Assembly: GCA_965248355.1 (NCBI GenBank)
Contig: OZ252098.1
Coordinates: forward strand, 1,568,001-1,632,000
DNA length: 64,000 nt
Direction: 5' to 3'
Source of the DNA: Candidatus Latescibacterota bacterium
Lineage (GTDB): Bacteria; Latescibacterota; UBA2968; UBA8231
Position 1 is the first letter of the stretch, and each line of letters opens with the position of its first letter. The position numbers and the translations under genes were made by a program. Under the pieces are notes generated by a model that ran no database searches, was not told where the DNA came from, and saw only the letters and a program-made list of their open reading frames with translations. Positions 19,506 to 28,710 of the stretch are shown in pieces.

Positions 19506-22500
19506 ATGACCCTGTTCCTTGTAGTTACCGCGCTCACCCTGGGGGGGACCTTCTTTGCCTCTCGAGTGCCCAATGAAGGTGACATGGTCAACACCTTCCG
19601 GGAGGCCCAGCGATTCTATGCCGAGGGCGCCTACGATCAGGCCATCGCCCAGTATGAGGCCGTCTCGAAGATACGCAGCCGGGCCCTGCGTTCCGAGAGG
19701 ATCCAGGTAGCCGTGGGTCAGGGGGAGTTTCCCCTGCAGGAGGCTGCCGACTATCAGATCGGCAACTCCTACGCCAAGGTCTACGAAGACCACGCCAGGG
19801 GCGCGGAAGACGAGCGCCGCGGGAGCCGGCGCGCAGAACTCGAGACGAAAGCCGACAGCGCCTTTGCGGCTGCAGCGAGTGCCTTTCAGCGGGTTATCGC
19901 CGGCTCCACCAGCGAGGTGTTGAAGGTGCAGGCCTACGGAAGGCTCATCGACCTCAATTTCAAGGCCAGGAGGTACCCCGAGGTGATCGAGGCGGCCCGG
20001 GCCCTGAGCGCGACCTATCCCGAGGATCCGCGGGTCGTCGTGGGCTACTACAACACCGGGTGGGCCCTGTACAAGATGAAGGACTACGACGGGGCCATCG
20101 ACGCCTTCGAAGCACTCCTCGCCCGGTTCCCCACCGGTTATCGGGCGGACCGCAGCCTCTTCCAGATCGGCGAGTGCTACCTGGAAACGGGCCGGTACGA
20201 GCAGGCCATGGACGCCTACCGTCAGTTGATAGACCGCCAGCAGGTCCAGGATCTGACCGAGGTGGAACTGCGGCGGATACAGCGAGAGAAGATCGCCGGT
20301 CTCGTGGATGAGACCGCCCTGGAGCTGGCGGCCAAGGCACAGATTCGCATCGGCACCTGCTATGCGCGGCTGGGCCGCTATGAGGAGGGGTTGAGCGCCT
20401 ATCGGCAGGTGATCACTCTCTTCGGCTCGGAGCGGAACCTGGTTGAGGAGGCTTACCTGCGCATGGCAGACCTTCACCAGGAGACGGGCGACTTCGATGC
20501 CAGCATCCGCACCTATCGGGAGGCTATCGATCAGTCCGCCCACCGCACGCTGAGGGCCCGAATTCAGTACGCGCTGGCAGAGAGCTATTTCTCGCGGGCG
20601 AGGTATGACGCTGCGGTCCGGGAGTATCGAGTCTACCTCGATGGGTATGGCGATATCGCACTGGCGGCCGGTTTCACCCAGGGACGCGTTCGCTATCGCA
20701 TCGGGAGCGCCTACCAGCAACTGGCCGACAGCGCGGAGGGCCAGGACAGGCCGGCGGTGGACGACTGGTTGAAGCGGGCCATCGCCCAGTACGACACGCT
20801 GTGCTCGGACGAGACCTCGCCCTACTTCCTGGACGCGCGCTTCAACCGGGCCCTGGCCTTCCAGTCTCTTGGCACGGACAGCTCCCTGGCCTTGGCAGAG
20901 GAGAAGTTCGGAGCGATCGTCCAGGAAGCGGTAGACCAGGGCTACGTCCAGCGCGCCCTGGTGCAACTGAGTGAGCTCCACTATGAGCGAGGCCAATACG
21001 ACCAGGCGGCGCGGACCTCGCAGAAGCTCCTGGATGCCTGGCCCGACAGCGACTACAAGGACAAGGCGTACATGCGCCTCGCCCTCTCGCACCAGGCCGC
21101 GGGCGATCCCGAGCGCGCCCTCCCCGCCTTTCTGGAGGTGCCCGAGAGCTCTCCCCTCTTCGCCCGCGCGCGCCTCGGTGGAGGACACGGTCTGCTGAAC
21201 GCGGGCCGATTCTCCGAGGCCGCCCGGGTCCTGGCGGAGGGTTTGTCGAGGGTAGATGACGACGTGCAGCGAAGCAGTTTCAACTACCTCCTCGGTCAGG
21301 CTTACGGCGGGCTGGGAGAGAACTCCAGGGCTGTAACCCACTTCTCCGCGGCCCTCGAGTATCCGGTGGCGCCGGAACTGGCCCAGGCCCTGCGTTTCAG
21401 CCGCGGCAATGCCGCTTTCTCCATAGAAGCGTATGACCTTGCCGAGAAGGACTTCGCCTGGATCGTGGACCACGTGCACGACCAGGAGAAAATCCGGTCC
21501 GCCAAGGACGCTCTGGCCCTGATCTATGTGAGGCAGAACCGCGGGACCGAAGCCGTGCGGACCCTGGGCGACATGGCCGCCGAAGCCACGAGTCCCGAAG
21601 AGCGAGCCCATCTCCTGAGTCGCCTGATGGACTTGCACTACCAGGAGAACAACCACACGGAGACGATCGCCCTGAGCCGGCGGTTGATCGACCTCGACTT
21701 CGCAGATGAGTTGAGCCCGGGTCAGGCCTACCGGCGCAAAGAGAAGGCCTACTTCCTCATGGGCGATGCGCTGGCGCGGCTCGACCGCAGCGCCGAAGCC
21801 GCCGAGGTCTTCACCACGGCCCTGCAACGCTTCCCCGAGTCCTACTTCGCCACGGATATGCGGCTGGCGCTAGGTGTCCACTATTTCGAGCAGGGCGAGC
21901 TCGAGCGGGCCAAGGGGGTCTTCGTCGACCTCGTCAAAGCCGACTCCCGCCCCGACCACCGGCTCATGGCGGGCTTCTATCTGGCCAATACCCAATACAG
22001 CTTGAGGGAGTTCGACCGGGCCCGGACCTCCTTCGACCAATTGCTGCGGGACTACCCGGAGGCGCAGGCCCTGCCGGATCTCCTCTTCGGCCTCGCGGAG
22101 AGCCATTACCAGCTGGGAGACTTCGAGGCGGCCATCCACCACTACCAGCGCATTCTCGCGGAATTCCCTCGGGATGCCACGGCCGCTCGTTCGCTGTACA
22201 ACACGGCCTGGTGTCTCATCGAACTCAAGAGGCAGGACGAGGCGATGGAGGCCTTTCGCACCCTCCTCGAACGGTATCCGCGAAGTGAGTTCGCGTCCTC
22301 GGCCCAGTTCACGCTGGCCGACGATGCCTACAACCGCGGGTTCCATGAAGAGGCCATGAGGACCTACCGCCTCGTTCAGGAGCGATTCCCCGGAGATCCC
22401 CTGGCGGCCCAGGTGCCGCGCCTTCTCTCCGAGATCACCGAGGCCATCGCGTACAAGCACTACGAGCAGGCTCTCGCGTTGATGAATTCGGCCAGGACGG

Positions 22501-22763
22501 CCGAAGAGGAGACCCGGCGGAAGGAATACTTCGAGCAGGCCATAAGCTCGTTCCAGGAGATCAGCGCCCGCTATCCCGGCACGGAGAGCGAACTGGGTGC
22601 GCTGAGCAATATGGGAGTCTGCCTGGAAGAACTGCGGCAATGGCGCGAGGCCGTGGCGGTGTACGATCAGGTGATCGAGATGTACAATGAAAAGCGGGCG
22701 AGCAAGGAAGTCTTCCAGTTCGTCAAGGCCCACAAGGACTGGATCGTCACAACGAGGCTGTGA
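19506..22763 (+). CDS. Giant TPR-repeat protein (BamD/CpoB-like repeats) with an N-terminal membrane anchor or signal
   Basis: 1085 aa of repeats such as YDGAIDAFEALLARFPTGYRADRSLFQIGECY and FEAAIHHYQRILAEFP. Confidence 0.9.
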   Translation: MTLFLVVTALTLGGTFFASRVPNEGDMVNTFREAQRFYAEGAYDQAIAQYEAVSKIRSRALRSERIQVAVGQGEFPLQEAADYQIGNSYAKVYEDHARGAEDERRGSRRAELETKADSAFAAAASAFQRVIAGSTSEVLKVQAYGRLIDLNFKARRYPEVIEAARALSATYPEDPRVVVGYYNTGWALYKMKDYDGAIDAFEALLARFPTGYRADRSLFQIGECYLETGRYEQAMDAYRQLIDRQQVQDLTEVELRRIQREKIAGLVDETALELAAKAQIRIGTCYARLGRYEEGLSAYRQVITLFGSERNLVEEAYLRMADLHQETGDFDASIRTYREAIDQSAHRTLRARIQYALAESYFSRARYDAAVREYRVYLDGYGDIALAAGFTQGRVRYRIGSAYQQLADSAEGQDRPAVDDWLKRAIAQYDTLCSDETSPYFLDARFNRALAFQSLGTDSSLALAEEKFGAIVQEAVDQGYVQRALVQLSELHYERGQYDQAARTSQKLLDAWPDSDYKDKAYMRLALSHQAAGDPERALPAFLEVPESSPLFARARLGGGHGLLNAGRFSEAARVLAEGLSRVDDDVQRSSFNYLLGQAYGGLGENSRAVTHFSAALEYPVAPELAQALRFSRGNAAFSIEAYDLAEKDFAWIVDHVHDQEKIRSAKDALALIYVRQNRGTEAVRTLGDMAAEATSPEERAHLLSRLMDLHYQENNHTETIALSRRLIDLDFADELSPGQAYRRKEKAYFLMGDALARLDRSAEAAEVFTTALQRFPESYFATDMRLALGVHYFEQGELERAKGVFVDLVKADSRPDHRLMAGFYLANTQYSLREFDRARTSFDQLLRDYPEAQALPDLLFGLAESHYQLGDFEAAIHHYQRILAEFPRDATAARSLYNTAWCLIELKRQDEAMEAFRTLLERYPRSEFASSAQFTLADDAYNRGFHEEAMRTYRLVQERFPGDPLAAQVPRLLSEITEAIAYKHYEQALALMNSARTAEEETRRKEYFEQAISSFQEISARYPGTESELGALSNMGVCLEELRQWREAVAVYDQVIEMYNEKRASKEVFQFVKAHKDWIVTTRL

Positions 22764-22770
22764 GTAGAGA

Positions 22771-24009
22771 ATGAACTCCAGGCCCGATCGTTTCAGCTCT
22801 GCCAGCGACGGCATCGACCGGCGCAGATTGCTGGCCGAGACCCGGGGGCTAGTGGCCGTCGGTCTGTTGATCAGCATGGGGCTTCTGGGGGGGGCTTTCC
22901 TCTACTTCATAGCAGTGCCCAAGGAGAGGAAGGCCCCGCCGCCGCCGATCGCCGAGCTCGTCATCCGCAAACCCAGGGCCTCGAAGCCGTTCCAACTCAA
23001 GCGCCAGCGCCTGGCGCCGCGAGCCCTGATCAGAAGAGTGAGCGCCCTGAAGCCCCGCCTGGCCATGGCCGCGCCACGCCTCAGCGGTGCGTCCATGTTC
23101 GGACGGATTGAGACCTTCGACTACGCCGTCGAGACCGATGTTCAGATCAACCTCCAGACCGGCCCCGTCGAGTTCTCCGCGGCCCGGGTCACCGGTACGA
23201 AGGAGCCGGAGAAGCGCATCGCCATGCACGAGGAACTGCTCGACCTGGATGCGCTCGATACCGGGAAATACAAGGGGCTCATCATTCAGGATCCGACGGA
23301 CCGTCGCAAGGTCAAGGGGTTCGTCTACCTCGGTACGGCGTGGGCCACCGATCTGGAGCCGATCTTCGACAGCGCCGCCAAGGCGATTCCCAATCTCGTC
23401 GATGCGGTCAATGCCCTGACCGGCATCACCGCAAAGGTGGATGAGCACCTGTTCGTCGATTCCCAGGAGCTCTTTCGGACACCCTTCGTCTACATCACCG
23501 CGCAGGAAGCCTTCGAACTGACGGATCGGGAGAAGACCAACCTCGAGAAATACATGCGCCAGGGAGGGTTCGTCTTTGCCGACAACGCCAACGCCGTCGT
23601 CGAATTCAGTCAGGCCGAGGCATCCCTGCGTCAGATTTTCCGAGACGCCCTGGGCTCACAAGGTCAATTCCGGCCCATACCCAACACCCATCCCCTGTAC
23701 CACACATTCTACGATTTTGACGGCCCTCCGGTCGGATCGGAGCTGGATGTCCCCTCCGACCAGGAGCAGTGGTCCATCTCCTACCGCATCGTCGCTCAGC
23801 ACTCCTATCACCTTGAAGGCGTGTTCCTGGGTGACCGTCTCGTTGCTCTCTACTCGGACAAGGGATACGTCCACAAGTGGGCGGAGAACTACGGCAACGA
23901 GCCGCAGTTGCGCTTCGGCATCAACGTGGTCGTCTTCGCTCTGACCCAGGAAGGCTCGATCGCGCAGCAGCAGATCGACTATTTCAGTGAAGGCGGTGGA
24001 GAACAGTGA
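22771..24009 (+). CDS. Membrane-anchored DUF4159 domain protein with a Pro/Lys-rich linker
   Basis: N-terminal TM helix, KAPPPPIAELVIRKPR linker, and C-terminal PFVYIT..NLEKYMRQGGFVFAD..HPLYHTFYDF..FGINVVVFALT. Confidence 0.75.
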   Translation: MNSRPDRFSSASDGIDRRRLLAETRGLVAVGLLISMGLLGGAFLYFIAVPKERKAPPPPIAELVIRKPRASKPFQLKRQRLAPRALIRRVSALKPRLAMAAPRLSGASMFGRIETFDYAVETDVQINLQTGPVEFSAARVTGTKEPEKRIAMHEELLDLDALDTGKYKGLIIQDPTDRRKVKGFVYLGTAWATDLEPIFDSAAKAIPNLVDAVNALTGITAKVDEHLFVDSQELFRTPFVYITAQEAFELTDREKTNLEKYMRQGGFVFADNANAVVEFSQAEASLRQIFRDALGSQGQFRPIPNTHPLYHTFYDFDGPPVGSELDVPSDQEQWSISYRIVAQHSYHLEGVFLGDRLVALYSDKGYVHKWAENYGNEPQLRFGINVVVFALTQEGSIAQQQIDYFSEGGGEQ

Positions 24010-24088
24010 ACCTGTCACGCCGTCTCCGCGGATCGCCGCATCATCGAGGCCCCGATAGAACATCCTCTGCCGAAAAGGAGTAGCCGGA

Positions 24089-24826
24089 ATGTGGGAGATC
24101 ATAAAGAGCGGCGGCCCTCTCATGGTGCCCCTGGTCGGATGCGCCGTGTTGTCCCTCGCCTTCATCATCGAGCGCTTGTGGGTGTTCAGCCGCCTGCCCG
24201 GCCGCACCCAGGCCCAGGAGGACCTGCAACGGTTCGAGTCCGCACTCGTCCGTGGAGGTGAGGACGCCGTGGTGGAGGAGTGCAACCAGGGGAAGGGGGT
24301 GCTCAACTACGTCTTTGCCTCCCTGTTGACGCGTCACAATACCCTCATGCTGGAGCAACGGGAATTCCAGGAGACGCACGAGGAGATCATCCAGCTTTCC
24401 GAGGCCGGCGGCGGCGGGCCGATGGGGCGTTTCATCGAGATGCGGCAGGAATTGGCCGACTTGAAGGAAGAGCTCGTGATCGAGACCGAAAAGGCCTCGC
24501 GGCTGTACCTGGGAAAGCACCTGCCTGTCTTGAGGATGATAGGGAACATCAGTCCCCTGTTGGGGTTGCTGGGGACGATCCTCGGAATGATCGTTGCGTT
24601 CGAGTCCATCGCCGCGGCCGGTACCGGAGACCCGAAGGTGGTGGCCGACGGGATCTCCCAAGCCCTGGTCACGACGGCGAGCGGGTTGATCGTCGCGATC
24701 CCCACGATCGTGGCCTACGGGTACCTGGCGCGCAGGGCCGAGTTGTTCCTTGACCAGGTCGAGGTCTTCGGTCACGCCTTTTCGAGCACCCTGATCAGTG
24801 CCGGGCAGCGAAAGAAGAAGGACTAG
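24089..24826 (+). CDS. MotA/TolQ/ExbB proton channel protein
   Basis: MWEIIKSGGPLMVPL..ERL and ISPLLGLLGTILGMIVAF..GISQALVTTASGLIVAIP. RBS AAGGAG. Confidence 0.93.
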   Translation: MWEIIKSGGPLMVPLVGCAVLSLAFIIERLWVFSRLPGRTQAQEDLQRFESALVRGGEDAVVEECNQGKGVLNYVFASLLTRHNTLMLEQREFQETHEEIIQLSEAGGGGPMGRFIEMRQELADLKEELVIETEKASRLYLGKHLPVLRMIGNISPLLGLLGTILGMIVAFESIAAAGTGDPKVVADGISQALVTTASGLIVAIPTIVAYGYLARRAELFLDQVEVFGHAFSSTLISAGQRKKKD

Positions 24827-24898
24827 TCCTTCATCCTGGGAGTGCAGGAGAGTCACCACGGATCCGGGAGTGGAGCGCCTCTCCCTCCACCACGCGCG

Positions 24899-26068
24899 AT
24901 GCGAAGCATGGCGGCCTGCATCCTCCGGCAAGCCCTCCTTCCGGCCCTGCTGCCGGCGCTCGCCGCCGCGGCGGCGGCCGGCGCCGGCAGCGCCGACTGG
25001 CCCTCCTTCCGGGGCGGCCCCGGACTGACGGGACAGGCCGGGGCGCCGCTGCGCGAGCCCCTGCGCCTGGCCTGGTCCCTCGACACGTCGGCCTCGGCCG
25101 ACTCCGGCCGCTACGGCGGCATCGAGTCCACGGCGGCCGTCATCGGCGAGACCGCCTACGTGGGCACCCTCGACGGGCGGCTGCTGGCGGTGAGTCTGAC
25201 GGAGGGCGGCATCCTGTGGAGCTACGACGCCGTGGCCGAGATCAAGTCCTCGCCCGCGGTGGCCGGCGGGGTGGTCTACGTGGGTGACGAGGACGGCTTC
25301 CTGCACGCCGTGGACGCCGCCTCGGGCGCCCGCCGCTGGCGCTTCACCGCCGGGGGGGCGATGACGGCCCCGCCCACGGTGGCCGGGGGCCGCGTGCTGG
25401 CGGGCAGCTACGACAACTCCCTCTACTGCCTGTCGGCGTCCGACGGCCGCCTCCTGTGGCGCGCGGCCACGGGCGGGTTCGTGCACGGCGCCGCGGCCGT
25501 GGCCGGGACCACGGCGGTCAGCGCCGGCTGTGACGGGATCCTGCGGCGCCTGGACCTCCAGAGCGGCCAGGAGCTGGCCTCCGTCGATCTGGCCACCTAT
25601 GCGGCCGCCAGCTGCGCCGTGGCCGGAGGGCGCGCCTACCTGGGCACCTTCGGCGACGAGGTTCTCGCCGTCGACCTGGAGAGCGCCCGGGTGGTGTGGC
25701 GCTACCGGCCCGCCGGGGGCCGCTTTCCCTTCTACGCCTCGGCGGCCGTGGCCGGGGACCGCGTCATCGCCGGGGGCCGCGACAGCCGGGTGCACGCCCT
25801 CGACGCCGATACCGGGGAGGCCCTGTGGATCTTCGCCGCCGGCGCCCGCGTCGACGCCTCCCCCGTGGTCGCCGGCGAGCGGGTCTACGCCGCGTCCATG
25901 CGGGGCGTCCTGCACGGGCTGGACCTTGCCACGGGCGCCGAGATGTGGACCTTCGAGGGGGCCTCCGCCTTCGCCGCCTCCCCCGCCGTGGCCTCCGGCC
26001 GGCTGGTGATCGGCGACACCGACGGCGTGCTCCACTGCTTCGCCGCCGCGCCCATGGAGACGGAATGA
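24899..26068 (+). CDS. PQQ-binding-like (BamB-type) beta-propeller protein
   Basis: Signal peptide, DWPSFRG, and repeated SSPAV..VYVG..DG.LHAVDAASG..RWRF blades. Confidence 0.88.
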   Translation: MRSMAACILRQALLPALLPALAAAAAAGAGSADWPSFRGGPGLTGQAGAPLREPLRLAWSLDTSASADSGRYGGIESTAAVIGETAYVGTLDGRLLAVSLTEGGILWSYDAVAEIKSSPAVAGGVVYVGDEDGFLHAVDAASGARRWRFTAGGAMTAPPTVAGGRVLAGSYDNSLYCLSASDGRLLWRAATGGFVHGAAAVAGTTAVSAGCDGILRRLDLQSGQELASVDLATYAAASCAVAGGRAYLGTFGDEVLAVDLESARVVWRYRPAGGRFPFYASAAVAGDRVIAGGRDSRVHALDADTGEALWIFAAGARVDASPVVAGERVYAASMRGVLHGLDLATGAEMWTFEGASAFAASPAVASGRLVIGDTDGVLHCFAAAPMETE

Positions 26069-27432
26069 CCGCGACCTCCCCCACCGCCGGAACCCGGCCC
26101 GAGCCGGCCACCACGCGCCTGGACCGGATGCTCACCGACACCGGCGTGGGCAGCGTCTTCGTCTCCAACTACCCGCCCTACTCCTTCTGGCGCGCCGACC
26201 AGGTCCCCGCCGCCGAGGCGGTGCTGCAGTCCCCCGCCGGCAGCAGCCCCCCGGACCTCGGGCTCTACCTGCACATCCCCTTCTGCCGGAAGCGCTGCAA
26301 GTTCTGCTACTTCCGCGTCTACGTGGACCGCAACGCCGGCGAGATCCGGCGCTACCTCGACGCCCTCGGCCGCGAGATCGAGACCTATTCCCGGCGCCCC
26401 CGGATCGCCGGCCGGGCCCTGAGGTTCGTCTATTTCGGCGGCGGCACCCCCTCCTACATCAGCGCCCGGGACCTGCGCTCCCTGGCCGCCCGCGCCCAGG
26501 CGGCCATGTCCTGGGGCGAGGCCGACGAGATCGCCTTCGAGTGCGAGCCGGGCACCCTGACCGAGGCCAAGGTGGCCGCCATCGCCGACATCGGCGTCAC
26601 CCGCCTGAGCCTGGGCGTGGAGCACCTGAACGACGACGTCCTGCGGGAGAACGGCCGCGCCCACATCAGCCGCGAGGTCTACCGGTCGATGCCCTGGATC
26701 CGGGCCGCCGGCTTCCGCCAGGTCAACGTCGACCTCATGGCCGGCCTGGTCTCCGACAACTGGGAGAGCTGGCGCGACACGGTAACCCGCGCCATCGACC
26801 TCGACGCCGACAGCGTCACCATCTACCAGATGGAGCTGCCATACAACACCCTCTACTCGAAGGCGATCTCCGACGGGCGGCGGCGGGAGCTGATCCTGGC
26901 CGACTGGCGCACGAAGCGGGACTGGCACGCCCATGCCATCGAGGCCCTGACCGCGGCCGGGTACGAGCAGACCAGCGCCTACACCCTGGTGCGCAGGGGC
27001 CGGCCCGCCGCCTTCGTCTACCGCGACGCCCTGTGGCGGGGCAGCGACATGATCGGCGCCGGCGTCTCCTCCATCTCCCACGTGGGCGGCGTGCACTTCC
27101 AGAACGCGGACTCGTGGGAGGAATACCTGACCGCCCTCGACCAGGACCGGCTGCCCATCGGCCGCGCCCTGCCCACCACCCCGGATCAGCGGCTGGTGCG
27201 GGAGATGATCCTGCAGCTCAAGCTCGGCCGTATCCGCCCGTCCGGCTTTCGGGACAAGTTCGGAGTCGACGTGCTCTCCGAGTTCGGCTCGGCCTGGGAG
27301 AACCTGCAGGCGGAGGGCATGCTCACCGCCGGCCCCGGGGAGGTGCGGCTCACTCCCGACGGGCTGTTGCGCGTCGACCAGCTTCTGCCCCTGTTCTACG
27401 CCCCCGAGTTCCAGAACGCCCGCTACACCTGA
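26065..27432 (+). CDS. HemN/coproporphyrinogen III oxidase-like radical SAM enzyme
   Basis: LYLHIPFCRKRCKFCYF (CxxxCxxC), YFGGGTPS, RLSLGV. ATGA overlap with the upstream gene. Confidence 0.9.
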   Translation: MTATSPTAGTRPEPATTRLDRMLTDTGVGSVFVSNYPPYSFWRADQVPAAEAVLQSPAGSSPPDLGLYLHIPFCRKRCKFCYFRVYVDRNAGEIRRYLDALGREIETYSRRPRIAGRALRFVYFGGGTPSYISARDLRSLAARAQAAMSWGEADEIAFECEPGTLTEAKVAAIADIGVTRLSLGVEHLNDDVLRENGRAHISREVYRSMPWIRAAGFRQVNVDLMAGLVSDNWESWRDTVTRAIDLDADSVTIYQMELPYNTLYSKAISDGRRRELILADWRTKRDWHAHAIEALTAAGYEQTSAYTLVRRGRPAAFVYRDALWRGSDMIGAGVSSISHVGGVHFQNADSWEEYLTALDQDRLPIGRALPTTPDQRLVREMILQLKLGRIRPSGFRDKFGVDVLSEFGSAWENLQAEGMLTAGPGEVRLTPDGLLRVDQLLPLFYAPEFQNARYT

Positions 27433-27446
27433 AGGAGTCACCCACC

Positions 27447-28706
27447 GTGAACCGACCTGCCGCTTTCCGGCCCCGACAGCTCCTCTGGACCGTGGCCATG
27501 ACGGGGCTCGCCGCGGCGGCCCCCGCCCCCGCCGAGAATCCGGCCCCGGCCGCCGACTGGCCCCAGTTCCTCGGTCCCCACCGCAGCGGCGCCGTCGAGG
27601 ACAGCGTCGCCGTGTGGCCGGCGGAGGGCCCCGCCGTCCTCTGGCGGCGGCCGGCCGGCGACGGGTTCTCCGGCATCGCCGTGGCCGGAGGCCGCGCCTA
27701 CACCCTGTGGGCGGAGGACCGGCGGGAGTACCTGTTCTGCCTGGACGCCGCCGACGGCCGCGAGTTGTGGCGCCTCGACACGGGGGGCAAGTATTTCGAG
27801 CCCCAGGGCGGCAACGGTCCCCGCAGCACCCCCGCCGTGGCCGGCGACCACGTCTACGCCCTCGGGGCCACGGGGCGGCTGGTGGCGGTGCGCGCCTCCA
27901 CGGGGGAGTTGCTCTGGAGCGCCGACCTGCCCACCCGCTTCGGCAGCGCCATGCCGCGCTGGGGGTTCTCCGGCTCCCCCCTGGTGGAGGGGGACCTGCT
28001 GCTGGTGGAGACCGCGGGCGGCTCCGACCGCGCCCTGAGCGCCTTGAACCGCTTCACCGGCGAGGTCGTCTGGAGCGCGCACAGCGACCCGGGTGGCTAC
28101 AGCTCCCCGGTGGCCGTCGACCTGGCGGGCCTGCGCCAGGCCGTGTTCTTCACACGCTCGGGGCTGGTGGCGGTGGCCCCGGCCGACGGCCGCCTGCTGT
28201 GGCGCCGGGAGTGGGAGACGCCCCACGGCGTCAACGCCGCGACCCCCCTGGTGATCCCCCCCGACGGCCTGTTCATCTCCAGCGGCTACGACAAGGGCGC
28301 CGCCCTTTTCCGCGTCAGCCGCGACGGCGAGGCCCTGAAGGCCGAGACCGCCTGGACCTCGCGCTTCATGAGCAATCAGATCAGCACCAGCGTCTACACC
28401 GGCGGCCATCTCTACGGCTTCGACGACACCATCCTCAAGTGCATCTCCGCGGAGACCGGCGCCGAGGCCTGGAAGGTCCGGGGCTACGGCATGGGCACCC
28501 TCATGCGGGCCGGGGAGATGCTGGTGGTGCTCTCCGACAGCGGCCTGCTGGCCCTGGTGCGGGCCGACCCGGAGGCCCACCAGGAGCTGGCCCGGGCCCA
28601 GGTGCTCGAGGGCAGCCGCTGCTGGACCGCGCCGGCCCTGGCCGGGGGACGGCTGTTCCTGCGCGACGACCGCGAGATCGTCTGCGTCGACCTGACCCCG
28701 GGCTGA
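27447..28706 (+). CDS. PQQ-binding-like beta-propeller protein
   Basis: AAGGAG RBS then GTG 27447. Motifs DWPQFLGPHRSG, GPRSTP, GYSSP, WTAPALAGGRLFLRD. Confidence 0.85.
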   Translation: MNRPAAFRPRQLLWTVAMTGLAAAAPAPAENPAPAADWPQFLGPHRSGAVEDSVAVWPAEGPAVLWRRPAGDGFSGIAVAGGRAYTLWAEDRREYLFCLDAADGRELWRLDTGGKYFEPQGGNGPRSTPAVAGDHVYALGATGRLVAVRASTGELLWSADLPTRFGSAMPRWGFSGSPLVEGDLLLVETAGGSDRALSALNRFTGEVVWSAHSDPGGYSSPVAVDLAGLRQAVFFTRSGLVAVAPADGRLLWRREWETPHGVNAATPLVIPPDGLFISSGYDKGAALFRVSRDGEALKAETAWTSRFMSNQISTSVYTGGHLYGFDDTILKCISAETGAEAWKVRGYGMGTLMRAGEMLVVLSDSGLLALVRADPEAHQELARAQVLEGSRCWTAPALAGGRLFLRDDREIVCVDLTPG

Positions 28707-28710
28707 GGTC

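Noticed and set aside
17113..21827. Long antisense ORFs opposite paralogue C and the TPR gene
   Set aside because: They are mirror frames of strongly biased sense codons and show no motifs.
26065..27432. Calling the radical SAM gene hemN or hemW
   Set aside because: No heme-pathway context, and the HemN-like family is functionally diverse.
24899..28706. Calling the propeller genes bamB or PQQ dehydrogenases
   Set aside because: No lipobox or bam context, and they are shorter than quinoprotein dehydrogenases. Only the repeat fold is supported.
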